Shown here: positions 44,448 through 57,545 of the stretch, in pieces
Numbering within the stretch: the stretch's first letter is position 1
Layout: each line of letters begins with the position of its first letter
From: Salpingoeca rosetta
Taxonomy: Eukaryota > Protista > Choanoflagellata
Assembly: GCA_033442325.1 (NCBI GenBank)
Contig: JAWQFM010000025.1
Coordinates: 36,635-100,634 of the forward strand
Reading direction: 5' to 3'
Length of the DNA: 64,000 bases
The notes under the pieces: generated by a model
The model's database searches: none
Seen by the model: the letters and a program-made list of their open reading frames with translations, nothing else
Told to the model about the DNA's origin: nothing
Translations under genes and position numbers: made by a program

Positions 44448-45507
44448 ATGGACGAGGAGGGTACAGGCCAGCCACTGGCCAAACGCGCGCACTTGACAAA
44501 GCCAGTGGCAGCGTCGTCGCAGTCGCAGTCGCAGTCGCAGCCGGATGTGCCATCGCCCGTGAAGACGCGCCCAAACTGGACGCTGGACGGCACGAGCGGC
44601 TGGCTGCTGGACACCAAGAGCGCCGTGTACATGGACCCGGAGTCGCGCATGTTCTTCAAGCTGGACGCGGCCGCGGGCAGCCTGGAGCCGTGCAGCTCGC
44701 CACCGGAGACGGGGCCCTCGGAGGCGCTGGTCAAGCGCGCGCTCGACTTCAAGGCGCAGTCCAAGCAGCAGAGGCCGGAGCAGACGCCCAGCAACACCAG
44801 CACCCGCGGCAGTGGCAGTGGCAGTGGCAGTGGTGGCAACACCAACACCAACACCGACACCAACAGCAACAGTGGTAGCACAGCAAAGCCGGCACTGCTG
44901 CGTTACAGTCCACAGACACGGAGAACGACGATGCAGAGACGACACGCGACGTGCCGANNNNNNNNNNNNNNNNNNNNNNNNNNNNNNNNNNNNNNNNNNN
45001 NNNNNNNNNNNNNNNNNNNNNNNNNNNNNNNNNNNNNNNNNNNNNNNNNNNNNNNNNAAAACCTCAGCAGTGTGTTATTGTGTGCGTATGTGAGTGTGTA
45101 TGCTGTGTTAGAAACAGGCGCGTGTTTTTCGGCGCGTGCGCGCCATCCTGCCTACCTCTTCTATCTTCTCCGCTCATCTTGTGTTTGTTCTTCTTTTCTC
45201 CCAATTTGCACGCATCAGCAACATCATGGGCGCTTTCAACCACGGCGGTCCCCTCAGCAACGTCGATGCCGACACTGCCGGTAATCGACAAGAAGCAGTG
45301 ATGGATGTGCACATGCAAAAGCGTGTGCATGTGGATGTGGTGCGTGCAGGTGCTGTGGATGTTGTGGATTGCGATGATTGGATCAAGGCGGTAATCCTCG
45401 CGCACGTGTCTGCATGCTGATGGTGCAGAATCGTTCCGTGATCTGAGCACATACCAGGAGCAGATCAAGCAGGTGAGCACGCTGTGTGTATGTGTGTGCG
45501 TGTGCGT

Positions 45508-45587
<80 letters not shown>

Positions 45588-46148
45588 GCGTGCGTGTGCG
45601 TGTGCGTGTGTGTGGGTGTGTTTGCGTGGAACCTGTTGATTGCCACGCTCCCTCTGCATGGTTTAATTCACCACAATTAACCCAAATTACCATCACCATC
45701 AATACGACGTCAGCTGGAAGTGCTGCTGCGCGCAAGTCCCGGTGACGAGCAGATTCTCGCAACCATCAACGGCCTCAAGGTACGGGGCAGAGAGTTGGAG
45801 GGAGGACGTGGGGATGGGACGTGCAGTGTGATGTGTGCAGTGTGGACAGGCGAATACTTGCACCCACTCACTCACTCACTCACACACTCACTCACACACT
45901 CACTCTCACTCACTCTCACTCACACACTCTCTCACTCACCCACGCAGGAGATTACGCGCCTGTTGGAGGCAAAGGTTCACGAGGGTCACGAGCTGGACAT
46001 GGCCTACCTGCAGACCGTTTTGAAATGCGTCAAGGACGGGTTTAAATGCACGGACAAAAACTTTGTCGGCCTGGCGAAACGCAAGAAAATGAAGGCCGGA
46101 TCAACCGCACTCGTCGCCATTGTCAACGGTGACAGCAAGTTAGTTGGG

Positions 46149-46196
<48 letters not shown>

Positions 46197-46565
46197 TGTC
46201 TGTCTGTGTCTGTCTGTGTCTGTGTGTGTCTGTGTCTGTGTGTGTTTGTATGACTGTGCGTGTGTCTGTGTGCGTGTGTGTCTGTGTGTATGTGTGTGTA
46301 TATATGTGTGTGTATATATGTGTGTGTCTGTGTGTGCGGGTGTACGGAGGAAGGCGGTGCCTGCCCCAATCCTCATCACTCCATCTCCACCCCATCAGGT
46401 ACAATGCGCACGTGGTTGTTGCCAATTTGGGCGATTGCCGCGCTGTTCTCTGCAGAGACGGACGTGCTGTTCCGCTCAGCGTTGACCACAAACCAAGCAG
46501 ACGAGGTGTGCAGTTGTGTGTATGCGTGCCTGTTTGTCTGTCTGTGTGTGTCTGTCTGTGTGTGT

Positions 46566-46597
<32 letters not shown>

Positions 46598-47171
46598 CTG
46601 CCAGCTGTCTGTCTATGTCTTTGTGTGTAATGATGTGATGTAGTCTGCCTGACCGGATCTCCCACATTCTTCCGCAATTTGCTGCTGTCGACGATTGCCC
46701 CTCACACACCATTGCAATTAATTGTCGTGCTCAGACGAAGCGAAGAGAATCAAGGAGGCCGGCGGCCGTGTCGTCGAGGTGAGAACCGACAAGTGGAAGA
46801 GCTGAACGTGTGTTTATGTTACACCCACACGCTGTTCCGCTCACACCCTCTCAACCCACCTTTACACACCCCTCACTCTCCACCACCACCACCACCACCA
46901 CCACCACCCCTCACTCTCCACCACCACCACCACCACCACCACCACCATCGCCGCTGCTGCTGCCATCAGGTGTACGGGATCTCGCGCGCGACGACGCAAC
47001 ACCGCGACCGCTACGGCGGAGCGCCGCCGCTCATGCTCGCCGTCTCCCGCTCGTTTGGCGACTACACGCTCAAGGTGGTGGTGGTGGTGGTGGTGGTGGT
47101 GTGAAGGATGGGGTTGGTAGATGCTGTGCTGCAGAGGGAGGGGAAAGTCGAGGTGCAGAGAGAGAGAGAGA

Positions 47172-47208
<37 letters not shown>

Positions 47209-48386
47209 GGAGGGGGAGAGCTAGACGGCAGAAAGACATAGACAGAGACGCACAGTCAAATCCACACACACACACTCACACACACACTCACACTCACACA
47301 CACACACACACACACTCACACACACACACGCACACTCACACACACACACACACTACACTCACACGACTGCGGAGGGCAAATCTAGAGTGGGTGGAGCTCT
47401 ATACACGAAGATGGCGCTAGAATTAAAGGCGTTGGTATTCTCCTAGCGGATATGGCCTTTCTATGGTGACTTAGCCTCTGAACCCTGCCTGCCCATGCGA
47501 AACGTAGAAGAGGCTTCGGTCCCCGGACACTCCAAGTTTGTGGTTAAGACCTGGCCGGCGAGCGCAGATATAGGGCTGAAGTGATGTTCTACAAAACCCG
47601 CACCGTAGTAGCTTCTATGAGAAAGGGGTACACCAATTTCCGATGCAACGTCCCCATGAGGTTCCAACGACCAGGCTGATACAAGGACGCACACTCACAC
47701 ACACACACACACACACTCACACACTCACACACTCACGCTCACACACTCACACATGTAAACACACACACACACACGCACACGCACACACGCACACACGTAT
47801 AGGTGCCGCATCCGATTGTAAGCTACCAGCCCGAGACGCGAATTGAGCGCGTTGGGCCGAACGACTACTTCCTCCTCCTCGCCTGCGACGGCGTGTGGGA
47901 CGTCCTCTCAAACCAGGAGGCAATCAACATTGCCAAGGAACACTACACAAAGCCAGACGAAGGTGTGTGTGTGTGCGTGTGTGTGTGTGTCTGTCTGTCT
48001 GTCTATCTGTCTGACGTTTGCATGCAAACATATCCTGAAGCTTGAATGCTGACACTTTATCGCAATCCCCCCCCCCCTTCCACATACACTCATGCACACA
48101 CATGCACACACATGCACACACAGCTGCGCGCGCTGTGATCCAGGCTGCGTACGACAAGCGGAGCAACGACAACCTGACGGCGATGGTGATTGAGTTTGCC
48201 TGGAACGACATGCACGCAGCAAAGGACCAGACAAACGGGAAAACGAGCAGCAGCAGTGGTGGTGGCGGTGGTGGTGGTGAGAGCTCTGCGCCGGCGAGCG
48301 ACGGGGCGGCGAAAGGAAAGGAGGGCGGTGGTGGTGCTGATGATGATGATGATGACGATATTGATGACATGTTCGGTGGGCAGTGA
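44448..48386 (+). CDS. PP2C/PPM Ser/Thr phosphatase with N-terminal OCRE-like aromatic octamer repeat; gap in the middle
   Basis: [64 protein letters not shown]; N-terminal [30 protein letters not shown]. Confidence 0.9.
47365..47688. other. Unexplained high-complexity insertion inside a (CA)n tract of a PP2C intron
   Basis: 324 bp with many TA/CTAG words, abruptly flanked by CA repeats on both sides. No convincing ORF, TIR or TSD. Confidence 0.6.
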
Positions 48387-48396
48387 GCGAGGGAGA

Positions 48397-48456
<60 letters not shown>

Positions 48457-48476
48457 ACATGTGTGTGATTGAAACC

Positions 48477-48516
<40 letters not shown>

Positions 48517-48908
48517 CGTACCGCTTGTGGTTACAGTGTGCAGATTGCTCTTCTTTCTGCCTTGTTCAACTTTTGTGATTAAACACACGGCTTTGTATTG
48601 ATGCGAACAATCGTAACGACGTGCATGAAAGAAAGTGTAAAAGCAACATGTTGGCTGGTGCAAATGCAAACGGGAACACTGAAACACTGAAACACATGGT
48701 TGCATGAGAGCGGGCACAACAGATGCCCCGCCAGCAGAGGGCATCTTGTTGCAAGGCAACGTTGATCAAGGAAAAGAACGCGGGAAGCAAAGAGGAAGCA
48801 GGGAATGTATGTACAAGAAGGGTGAACTGACAGAGGAAGCAAAGTGGAACCGAGACTAGAGGGGACGTGAATAAATCACAAGGGTCGAAGGATCGACAGC
48901 ACACAGGG

Positions 48909-49033
<125 letters not shown>

Positions 49034-49081
49034 TGCGTCCACTATCTCTCTCTCTCTCGCTCACTCAATCTCTCGCTCACT

Positions 49082-49112
<31 letters not shown>

Positions 49113-49223
49113 TCACTCACTCACTCACTCACTCACACACTCACTCACTCAATCACACACTCACTCACTCCTCACATACGCACACACACACACTCTCTCT
49201 CTCCCTCACTGCTGCCAGCTCAG

Positions 49224-52065
49224 TCAATCGACGAGCTCAGCTAGCCATTCCCGGGCAGCTTTGGTGCTGGCGTGATTGGGACCAACCGTGGCTGTCCAGA
49301 TGTCGACAGTGTGTTGAATCAGCTCCCTGGCACGTGCAGTGTCGCCTTTGTTCTTGTACAGGACACCCACAGTCAGATATGCGGCTGCTGTGGAGGGGTG
49401 CAGCTCGCCCAACGCCTCCACCTTGACGTGCAGGCTTCGCTCATAGTAGTGGATGGCGCGGTCTGCCTCACCCTTGCTGTTGAACACCTGACCCAAGTTG
49501 GCGCATGTTGTTGCCACCTGCGCGTGTGTCTTCCCCAACGTGTCCTCGTAGGTGTGCAGCGCCTTGTTGAAGCACTCAATTGCGCGATCATACTCACCCT
49601 TCTTGGAGCACGCCACGCCAAGCTCGGCGTACGCGGTGGCTGTGGAGGGGTGTTTCTCGCCCAATGCCTCGACCTTGATCCGCAGGCTCTGCTGGCAGTG
49701 CTCAATGGCACGATCGTACTCTCCTTTGCCGGTGTACGCCTGGCCAAGGGCGAGCAACGCCATTGCAGTGTCCGGATGCCTCTCACCAACCGTATCCATC
49801 CTGATGCGCAGGCACGTCTGGCAATACGCGAGCGCGCGATCAAAGTCGCCCTTGCCGTTGTACATCTGGCCGAGGCTGAGCAGCGTGGCTGCTGTGGCCG
49901 GGTGGCTGTCGCCCAGCACAGCCTGCCGGATTTGCAGGCACTTCTCGTAGCACTCAATGGCCCGAGCAGATGCGCCCTTCCTGTTGTACACAGTGCCCAG
50001 GCCATGGTATGCCGCAGCTGTGGAGGGATGCTTCTCGCCCATTGCTTTCACACCAATGTTCAGCGCCTTGTTGAAGCACTCAATCGCACGGTCATACTTG
50101 CCGCTGTTGTAGAGCACCACACCAAGCTCGTTGAAGGTGCTCGCTGTGCTTGGGTGCAGCTCGCCCAGCGTATCCACCTGAATGCGCAGGCCCTCGCCAT
50201 AATACTCCGCAGCGCGTCCATACTCGCCTTTCCTGTTGTAAGTCTGAGCAAGACAATTGTACAGGGTGCCTGTTTCTGGGTGCCTCTCGCCCAATGCCGC
50301 CGACGTAATCTGGAGGCTTTGCCTGAACAACTGGATGGCGCGATCGTACTCGCCCTTGGCGCTGTGCACCTGGCCAAGGGAGGCCTGCGTGGTGGCTGTG
50401 GAGGGATGCGTCTTGCCCACCGTGCCCAGCTTGATCTGCAGGCTCTGTTCGTAGCAGTGGATTGCGCGATCGTATTCCCCTTTCCTGCTGTGCACTTGGC
50501 CGAGCTCGTGGAATGTGGCTGCTGTGGATGGGTCTTTGTCGCCCAATGTGTCCAACTTGATCTGCAGGATTTTCTCGAAACACTCAATGGCTCTGTCGTG
50601 CTCGCCCTTGTTCTTGAACACCTGGCCAATCGCGCCGTAAGCAGCGATAACGTTCTCGTGCGTTGGCCCATAGTCTCTCAAGCACGCGTCCAGCGCTCGC
50701 TCGAGCAGCGGCAACGCGTGATCAAAGTCACCAGCCTTCAACAGGGATGCACCAACGTAGTAGCAGAGGCGCGCAAACTGGGGCGTATCAGCCTGCTCGT
50801 CATCAGCTGGCTCCACAAAGGAGAGCATCTCTGAGAAGCACCAGTTCCGCATCTGGTCCTTGACCACCTTGTTCAAGTGTAGGAAGCCAACGCCGTCCTC
50901 GATTGCCTTGAAGATCATCTCCTTGTCCTTGGGGTCCCAGGCGTCTGCCCGCTCGGCCTGCACGCGCACCATTGCGTCTGTTACGGCCTCGTGATCCTCC
51001 AGCACGGCCTCCTTCAGCGCGTCTCGCTGTGCGTTCGGCAGCCGGATGGTGAGTTGCACGTCTTCCTGACTTGCGCTGCAGAAGATCTCCCACAGGCACC
51101 ATGCCCGTGTCAGCGGCACGGGGTCGTGCCACGGTGTCAACACCAGCAGCACATGGCCAATCGCAGCAATGGACTTCTTGAACGTTGTGCTCCACCTGCA
51201 GTTGGGGTTGGGGGGGGGGGTTGGGGCAAGGACGGGAGGTTGAGGGCATGGGTTGCAGAGGTGACAGGTGGAAGTGAACAACGAACACACACAGACACAC
51301 ATGTATACACGCACACACGAACGCACACACACACACACGTACACACACACACACAAACGCACACACACACACACACACACACACAAACGCACACACACAG
51401 GTACAGACACAAGCTCCATACCACTCTTGAGGAAGGTTGGCTGTGATGTCCGTGTTCTGGTTGTTGATGAAGAGATCGAACCAGAAGAACACTTGCGCTT
51501 CGTCTTCGCCGTCGTCCTCGCCTTGCTCGCCTGCAAACTCCAGGAGGGTGCCAATCACGTCCACGATCTTGTAGCGCCACGCGTGCGACACAAACACGGT
51601 CGCCTTCCTGCCCACGTGCTGTGAATCCATGACGTCGACATACGCACACTGCTTCGCCTTGGTGCGTGGGATCACCACGCTGTCGCACGCCTCTTTGGTG
51701 GTCATCTCCTGGTACGTGTCTGGGTGTGCTGCCTTGAGATCGGCAAGGAACTGGCGCAGCCCAGCAGGCGACACGCCTTCCTTGCGAATCGCATGTTCGT
51801 CCTCGGCAGAAACAGTAGTTGAAGTGGTCGGTGCTGGATGCGCTTGGTATTGTGTCACGCCCTTTGCGTCTTCGCCATCGTCGCCTTGCTGCTCTTCTTC
51901 GCTGGTAGGCGGCTGTTGTGGCTTCGCGGTGCTTGACACTGGCGTCTCATTCACCACGTCAACAGCGGCCGTTGAAGCGGCGAGCTCGCCTCCTTTCTGT
52001 CGTGCTTCGGCTGGCTCTGGGTCGCGAGTGGTGGACGAGGAGTGGCGGCGACAGCAGGAGAACAT
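49224..52065 (-). CDS. HET/TIR-like domain plus ~12 x 42-aa TPR repeats
   Basis: Two exons (intron 51196-51421). [32 protein letters not shown], then HPSTA..LG.V...KGEYDRAI repeats; N-terminus MFSCC. Confidence 0.9.
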
Positions 52066-52305
52066 CGTGGATGTAGAGAAGTAAATGATGATGTACATGA
52101 TTTTCGGCAATGCGGCGGTGCCAGCTTCATGCTTTCCCACACTTCCACACAAAAGCTCCAAAGCCTCAAAGCCACACCCCTCCCCCTCAAACCGACGGAC
52201 GACACATGACATCACGAAGACCAACACCAACCACAGCACATCGCCACTTCACCGCAAGCAACCACATCACAGCACCAGCAAGCACTCTAGTACCAACCAG
52301 CAGTG

Positions 52306-53607
52306 ATGGCGGCGCGTGCTTCTCCAAGTCCAACTGCGAAAAGGACGGCCCACATAAGCATCCTCCTCATCCTTCCCTTGCTCTCCGTGTTGCTGTTTCT
52401 CTGCGTGTGCGCTTGCATGGCGCAGGTGGTGTTGGAGGAAGACGAGGGCGGTGCCTTCCACATCAACACTAGCGACCCCGTGCAACACCCTGTGTTTGTA
52501 AACGGCATGGACGTGGCTAAAATGCTCGACCTGGTGCAGACGCAACAGAGCGTGATCGAGACCCAGCAAGGGATGTTGCGTGACCATCAGTCAACCATCA
52601 GGACGCTGCAGGGTCAGAACACCGCGCTCACGCGCAGGATCTGCGCCGCCCATGACGTGGCCCCGTTTGGTGACACAACAACGGTTGCGGGGCTTGGCAC
52701 TTTCCCGCACAAGTGGCTCGGCGGAGCTGCCGGTCCCAACGGCTTGATCTTCGGCACCCCGCACGACTCAACGGCGGTCCTGATCATCGACCCGGTCACC
52801 CACGCCGTGGACATGACCACCATGGCGGGCCTGGGTCAAGGGGGGCGCAAGTGGGGCGGTGCCGTGCTTGCCAACAACGGACACATCTACTGCTTCCCTC
52901 ACGGCGAAACGTCCGTGCTCATCATCGACCCCTCCACCAACACAACTGACAAGACAAGCATGGCCAGCGTCGGCAAGCAGTGGATCAGCGGTGCGCTGGC
53001 GCCAAACGGCGCCATCTACGCCATGCCCTGGTCATCGTCTTCGGTGCTCATCATTGACCCCGGCACCAACACGGCAGACACAACAACCATCGGTGGCCTC
53101 ACCGGGAGCTGGTTCGGCGCCGCCGTCGCTGCCAATGGGCGGGTGTACTCGGCTCCCTTCTCTGCCACAGCCGTGCTCATCATCGACCCTGCGACGAACA
53201 CCGCTGACACGACGAGCATTGCCGGGTTTGGCGCCGCAAACAAGTGGCATGGAACTGTGCTTGCAGACAACGGCCTCATCTACGGCATCCCTTCCAGCTC
53301 AACTTCTGTCCTCATCATTGACCCTGCTGAGGACACCGTCGACACGAGCACCATCACCAACCTCGATGGCTCGTCCAAGTGGGCCGGTGGCGTGATGGTG
53401 ACGAGCACGCACATCATTGGCGTGCCCTTTGCCTCTTCGTCTGTGCTCCTGATTGACACGAAGACCAACATGGCAGACACGACCACCCTCACAGCTCCAG
53501 GCACTGGCGAGAAGTGGTATGGTGGTGTTGTGGACGCTGCCAACCGCCTCTTCTGCATTCCCTGGCGCGCCGGCTCGAGCCTCATTGTGGATGCTGGGTG
53601 TGGATGA
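52306..53607 (+). CDS. Second secreted 7-repeat beta-propeller protein (paralogue of 36512-37702); intronless
   Basis: Signal peptide, EEDEGGAFHINTS..PVFVNGMDV, coiled coil, 7 x KW.G.VLA.NG.IY..P....VLIIDP.TNT.DTT, ending DAGCG*. Confidence 0.88.
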   Translation: MAARASPSPTAKRTAHISILLILPLLSVLLFLCVCACMAQVVLEEDEGGAFHINTSDPVQHPVFVNGMDVAKMLDLVQTQQSVIETQQGMLRDHQSTIRTLQGQNTALTRRICAAHDVAPFGDTTTVAGLGTFPHKWLGGAAGPNGLIFGTPHDSTAVLIIDPVTHAVDMTTMAGLGQGGRKWGGAVLANNGHIYCFPHGETSVLIIDPSTNTTDKTSMASVGKQWISGALAPNGAIYAMPWSSSSVLIIDPGTNTADTTTIGGLTGSWFGAAVAANGRVYSAPFSATAVLIIDPATNTADTTSIAGFGAANKWHGTVLADNGLIYGIPSSSTSVLIIDPAEDTVDTSTITNLDGSSKWAGGVMVTSTHIIGVPFASSSVLLIDTKTNMADTTTLTAPGTGEKWYGGVVDAANRLFCIPWRAGSSLIVDAGCG

Positions 53608-53621
53608 GTGTGATGTGGTGA

Positions 53622-53772
53622 AGTGTTGTGTTGTGTTGTGTTGTGTTGTTGTGTTGTGTTGTGTTGTGTTGTGTTGTGTTGTGTTGTTGTGTTGTGTTGT
53701 GTTGTGTTGTGTTGTGTTGTGTTGTGTTGTGTTGTGTTGTGTTGTGTTGTGTTGTGTTGTGTTGTGTTGTGT
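53622..53772. repeat. (GTGTT)n microsatellite
   Basis: Directly visible. Confidence 0.95.
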
Positions 53773-54079
53773 ATGTTCCTTTGCTCGTTCCAGCGCACTG
53801 TTCTATCAGGCGCTGACATCAGCAGAAAACGAGAAAAATCAAAACAAGCCCAAAACAACAACAAAAAACAACAAAAGAGGGGGGCGTGTGGGTGTTTCGC
53901 ATTTGCATGTGTCCTCTTGCTGCCACTTCCTCTCTTCCTCTCTTGCTCCCGCCTGCTCTCGCCTGCTCTCCTTCTCTCCTTCTCTCTCTCTCCTTCTGTC
54001 CATCGTTCAGCGACGACCACATCCCTCTCCCACACGCACCCCCTTCGACCCGACAACTTGCTTTTGCTTCTTTGCCGAC

Positions 54080-54730
54080 ATGGCTGCTGTGTTGTATGCC
54101 GTGGTTGCCGAGGGCGCCCGCCCTCTGGCAGAACACTGTGAGCCTGGCACAGTGGATGCGGCGTCGCTTGTGCCGTCCGCGTTGGACCAGCTGCAACGTC
54201 TGCCACGAAACCAATCCCAAGGCTCAGTGGTGCTCGAGCAGGACGGTGTCCCAAGGTGCTGGGGCTGGTTTCTCATGTGAAGAGAAGGGAAGGAGTGCAG
54301 GATTCCAGGGAGCGAACCACGCGCAACTCATGCATTCTAAACGCGCCTGCAATGTCTGGTTGTGTGTGGCCATGCGTATTCCTTGTGTCCGATCTCTCCA
54401 ACCTTGCGCGACTGATCTCCAGCTACCATGCATGCGTCATGTCTCTCCTCGCTCTCAGGTACAAGAAGAAGCACCTTTTCTTTCTTCGTCAGGACAACTT
54501 CACGTTTGCGTGTGTCACAGAGCGAGGCTTTGGTAGGTGCAGATGCTGCGAGAGGAGACAAGCGCTGCTCTTGGATTCCTGCGCGAAAGCTAGAGGGCTG
54601 CCTTCGTATTCTCTCGTTGTGTTTGTTGTTGTGCTTGTGGCACATGTTGTGCATTGCTTGGTGTACTATCCCTTGCTTCTCGTAGTAAGGTAGAAGCAGG
54701 CACACGAGCGCGCGCCGCACACACACACAC

Positions 54731-54794
<64 letters not shown>

Positions 54795-56159
54795 GCGCGC
54801 GCATTCACACACACACACACACACACAAATCTTCTTTGGCCAGGACAAGCCCGTGCCATGCAGTTTCTGGGCGAAGTGGCAGCGGAGTTTGAACCGTTCA
54901 AGCAGGCCGCGCGCCGTTACAACAACTACGAGTTGGACGACCGTTTCGCCAGAATCATCGCGGGACTCATTGTGAGCGTTATGACCGTGTCTTTCTTGCT
55001 TTGACTCTCTTGCGCTCACATCCGGGGCATGTGCAATCCCACATCCAAAGCTTATCGTCTTTCACATGGATTGGAATCGTTTCAACGACTCATGCGGTAG
55101 CCGCGAGCCCCGACCAACGACCCAGAACTCCTACAAGCCCAGCAAGAAGTCTCAGCAGCAACAGGCGTCATGCGCGACACTCTGCGTGCGTAGCCACGTG
55201 CTTTATTGCTTGTGGGAGTGTTGTGGTTGTGTCGGTGTCCGTGTTTGTTGGTGTATATGTACGTGCCCCTCTGCGTGTGTACATGTGTACATGTGTGCAT
55301 GTGTACATGCGCGTACGTGCCTGTTTGGACCCAAACGCGCATGCTTGCTTGCCATCAGAACCAAGGCAACACCTCTCCTGAGCAACTTCTGCTGCTGTTT
55401 TGCTTTCACTCACACTTCTGCTGCTGTTTTGCTTTGACTCACACTGCTGCTGCTGCTTCTTCTTCTTCTTCTTCTTCTTGTCACTTGCAGAGAAGGTGGT
55501 TCAAAGAGATGAACTCCTGGAAGACTTACAAGGGCGATCAGAGGACATCTCAGGTACTCAGATCCATGTTGGTGCATTAGTGCTTCTGCCGATTCACGCA
55601 AGTTTCTAGCGTGTGTACACCACACCTGCAACATCCGGCGTGCTCACAGCCCGCCATCGTGGTACGTACTGACAATTCCGCACGTGTGGTGGATGTGATT
55701 CCGTTGTCTGCGTAGCTGACAGTGCTCGGTTCCAAACCAGATCAACCAAATTGAGGCGGAGGGCCGCTTGGTCCGCGTACAAGTACTACCTGATCCCCGT
55801 TGTTGTAATTGTTGTCCTTGCAGGGATCATCGCACTGTCCATCTGCTCCAAGCCGGGGAAGTGCACGCGCTCGCGTTCATCGCTGAAGCAGTGCAGTGAC
55901 ATTCCGGCACAGAAGTGCAACCCATCCTTGCAGGTGTTTGGGCACAAGGCCTGCGGAGACGACAGCAAGGTGATATGCGGGCCTAGCGCGTCAACTGTAA
56001 ACCAGTTCTTCTCCCGCGACGGCAAGAAGTGCAACGCCGCCAATTCGCGCCTGACCAAGTGCTACGTCAAGCGCGCGGCCGAGCTCGACGCACTGTTCCC
56101 AGACAATGAGGTGGCATGCAAACACGTGCCATCGTACGCTTGTGTGTGCGCGCGCGCGC

Positions 56160-56220
<61 letters not shown>

Positions 56221-57435
56221 CTTGTGTTGGGGATGTCTCCCACGAAAATGACTGTAAGCCGCCTGCTATCTGCTCCTGAATCTACCCAACTCACATGTTG
56301 TTGGCTTCTTGCGCTGACGCTTCTTCTTTGGCAGTTTTCACACACAAACTGCACGGACACCTGTACCAACGTTCTTCTGCGTCAAGCAACACGACTCCAC
56401 GACAGCAAAGGTTCGCTCGTGGTGATGCGTGTGCATATGTTGACTTGTTGTGTGTCTGTGTGTCTGTGTGTCTGTGTCTGTGTGTCGTGTGTCCGTGTGT
56501 CCGTGTGTCTGTGTGTCTGTGTGTGTAAAGTGCTTTCACGTGGAGTCTCCGTCTCCCTGCGCTGCTCTCGACGCTGCGCCTAGCATGTTCGCCAACCTTG
56601 CTGCTTTGACGATTCGTGTTCACGACACCAGAAACCCCTCGCACCCTGTGGTTCGTAAACTGCATGTTTTGCAGCCTGTGAGCTGAGCAAGGACGCGAGC
56701 TTGCAGGCACTTTTCCTCCGCGACGCTCGCGCACAAACGCTGTGCCAGCGGTCGCATCATGTGTACTGTGGAGATCTTCTCTATGACACCATTCTGCCTT
56801 TGCGTGAAACAACCCCGACGAAACACAACTGCTCAACCATTTCGCGTGGTGGCACGTGCTTTGCTCATGTTCAGGTACACCCATTTGGGCGCCGCAAGTT
56901 TCAAGCAGGGAGAGAGAGAGTGTGTGTGTGTGTGTGAGAGAGAGTGTGTGTGAGTGTGTGAGTGAGAGTGAGAGAGAGGGAGAGAGAGGGAGAGAGAGGG
57001 AGAGAGTGAGTGTGTGTGTGTGAGTTTGGATGCAAGATAGTCTCCCCTCTAGTGTGCTCCCTTGTGTTCACACAAACACAATAATCCGACAATTCGACAT
57101 CTTGCACTCTTTTCAGGAGCGCTGGGACGATCTCAAGCTGAACGTCACACTTACAGCGGAATTCTTTGCCTCCATCAACAACACTTGCACATCTTTTGGA
57201 ATCACGCTGCAAACTTCGAGTACGCTGCGATTGTTGCACCCGACACGTGCAATATGCGATAACATGTGTTGTTGCTTGCAAAGCACGAAACACTGCGCTC
57301 ATTCCCTCGCACACACACTCGCGCACACAAACGTTTCGCGCCTTCCTTCTCGGCGTTGCAGGCTCATTCTTGTCGGCTGCATCTGCTGTGACCGTGATTG
57401 TCATGGCACTGACAAGCATTCTCCTCACTCACTGA
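54080..57435 (+). CDS. Longin-domain R-SNARE (VAMP7-like) with long Cys-rich post-TM extension
   Basis: Longin MAAVLYAVVAEGARPLAEH..FTFACVTERGFG..RAMQFL; SNARE ELLQAQQEVSAATGVMRDTLQKVVQRDELLEDLQGRSEDISADSARFQTRSTKLRRR; TM LIPVVVIVVLAGIIALSIC. The frame stays open into Cys-rich exons; 3' exon choice is partly ambiguous. Confidence 0.75.
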
Positions 57436-57514
57436 GGCGGAAGAAGAACCTCCCTCGCGTGTCAGGAAGTTGGCAACAGCTCCAGCTGCACTGATGCACA
57501 TTCCAACAGCTGCA

Positions 57515-57545
<31 letters not shown>

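Noticed and set aside
47575-47685. Box C/D snoRNA or hammerhead ribozyme in the intronic insert
   Set aside because: Imperfect C box, no terminal stem or recognisable rRNA guide, and no complete CUGANGA/GAAA core.
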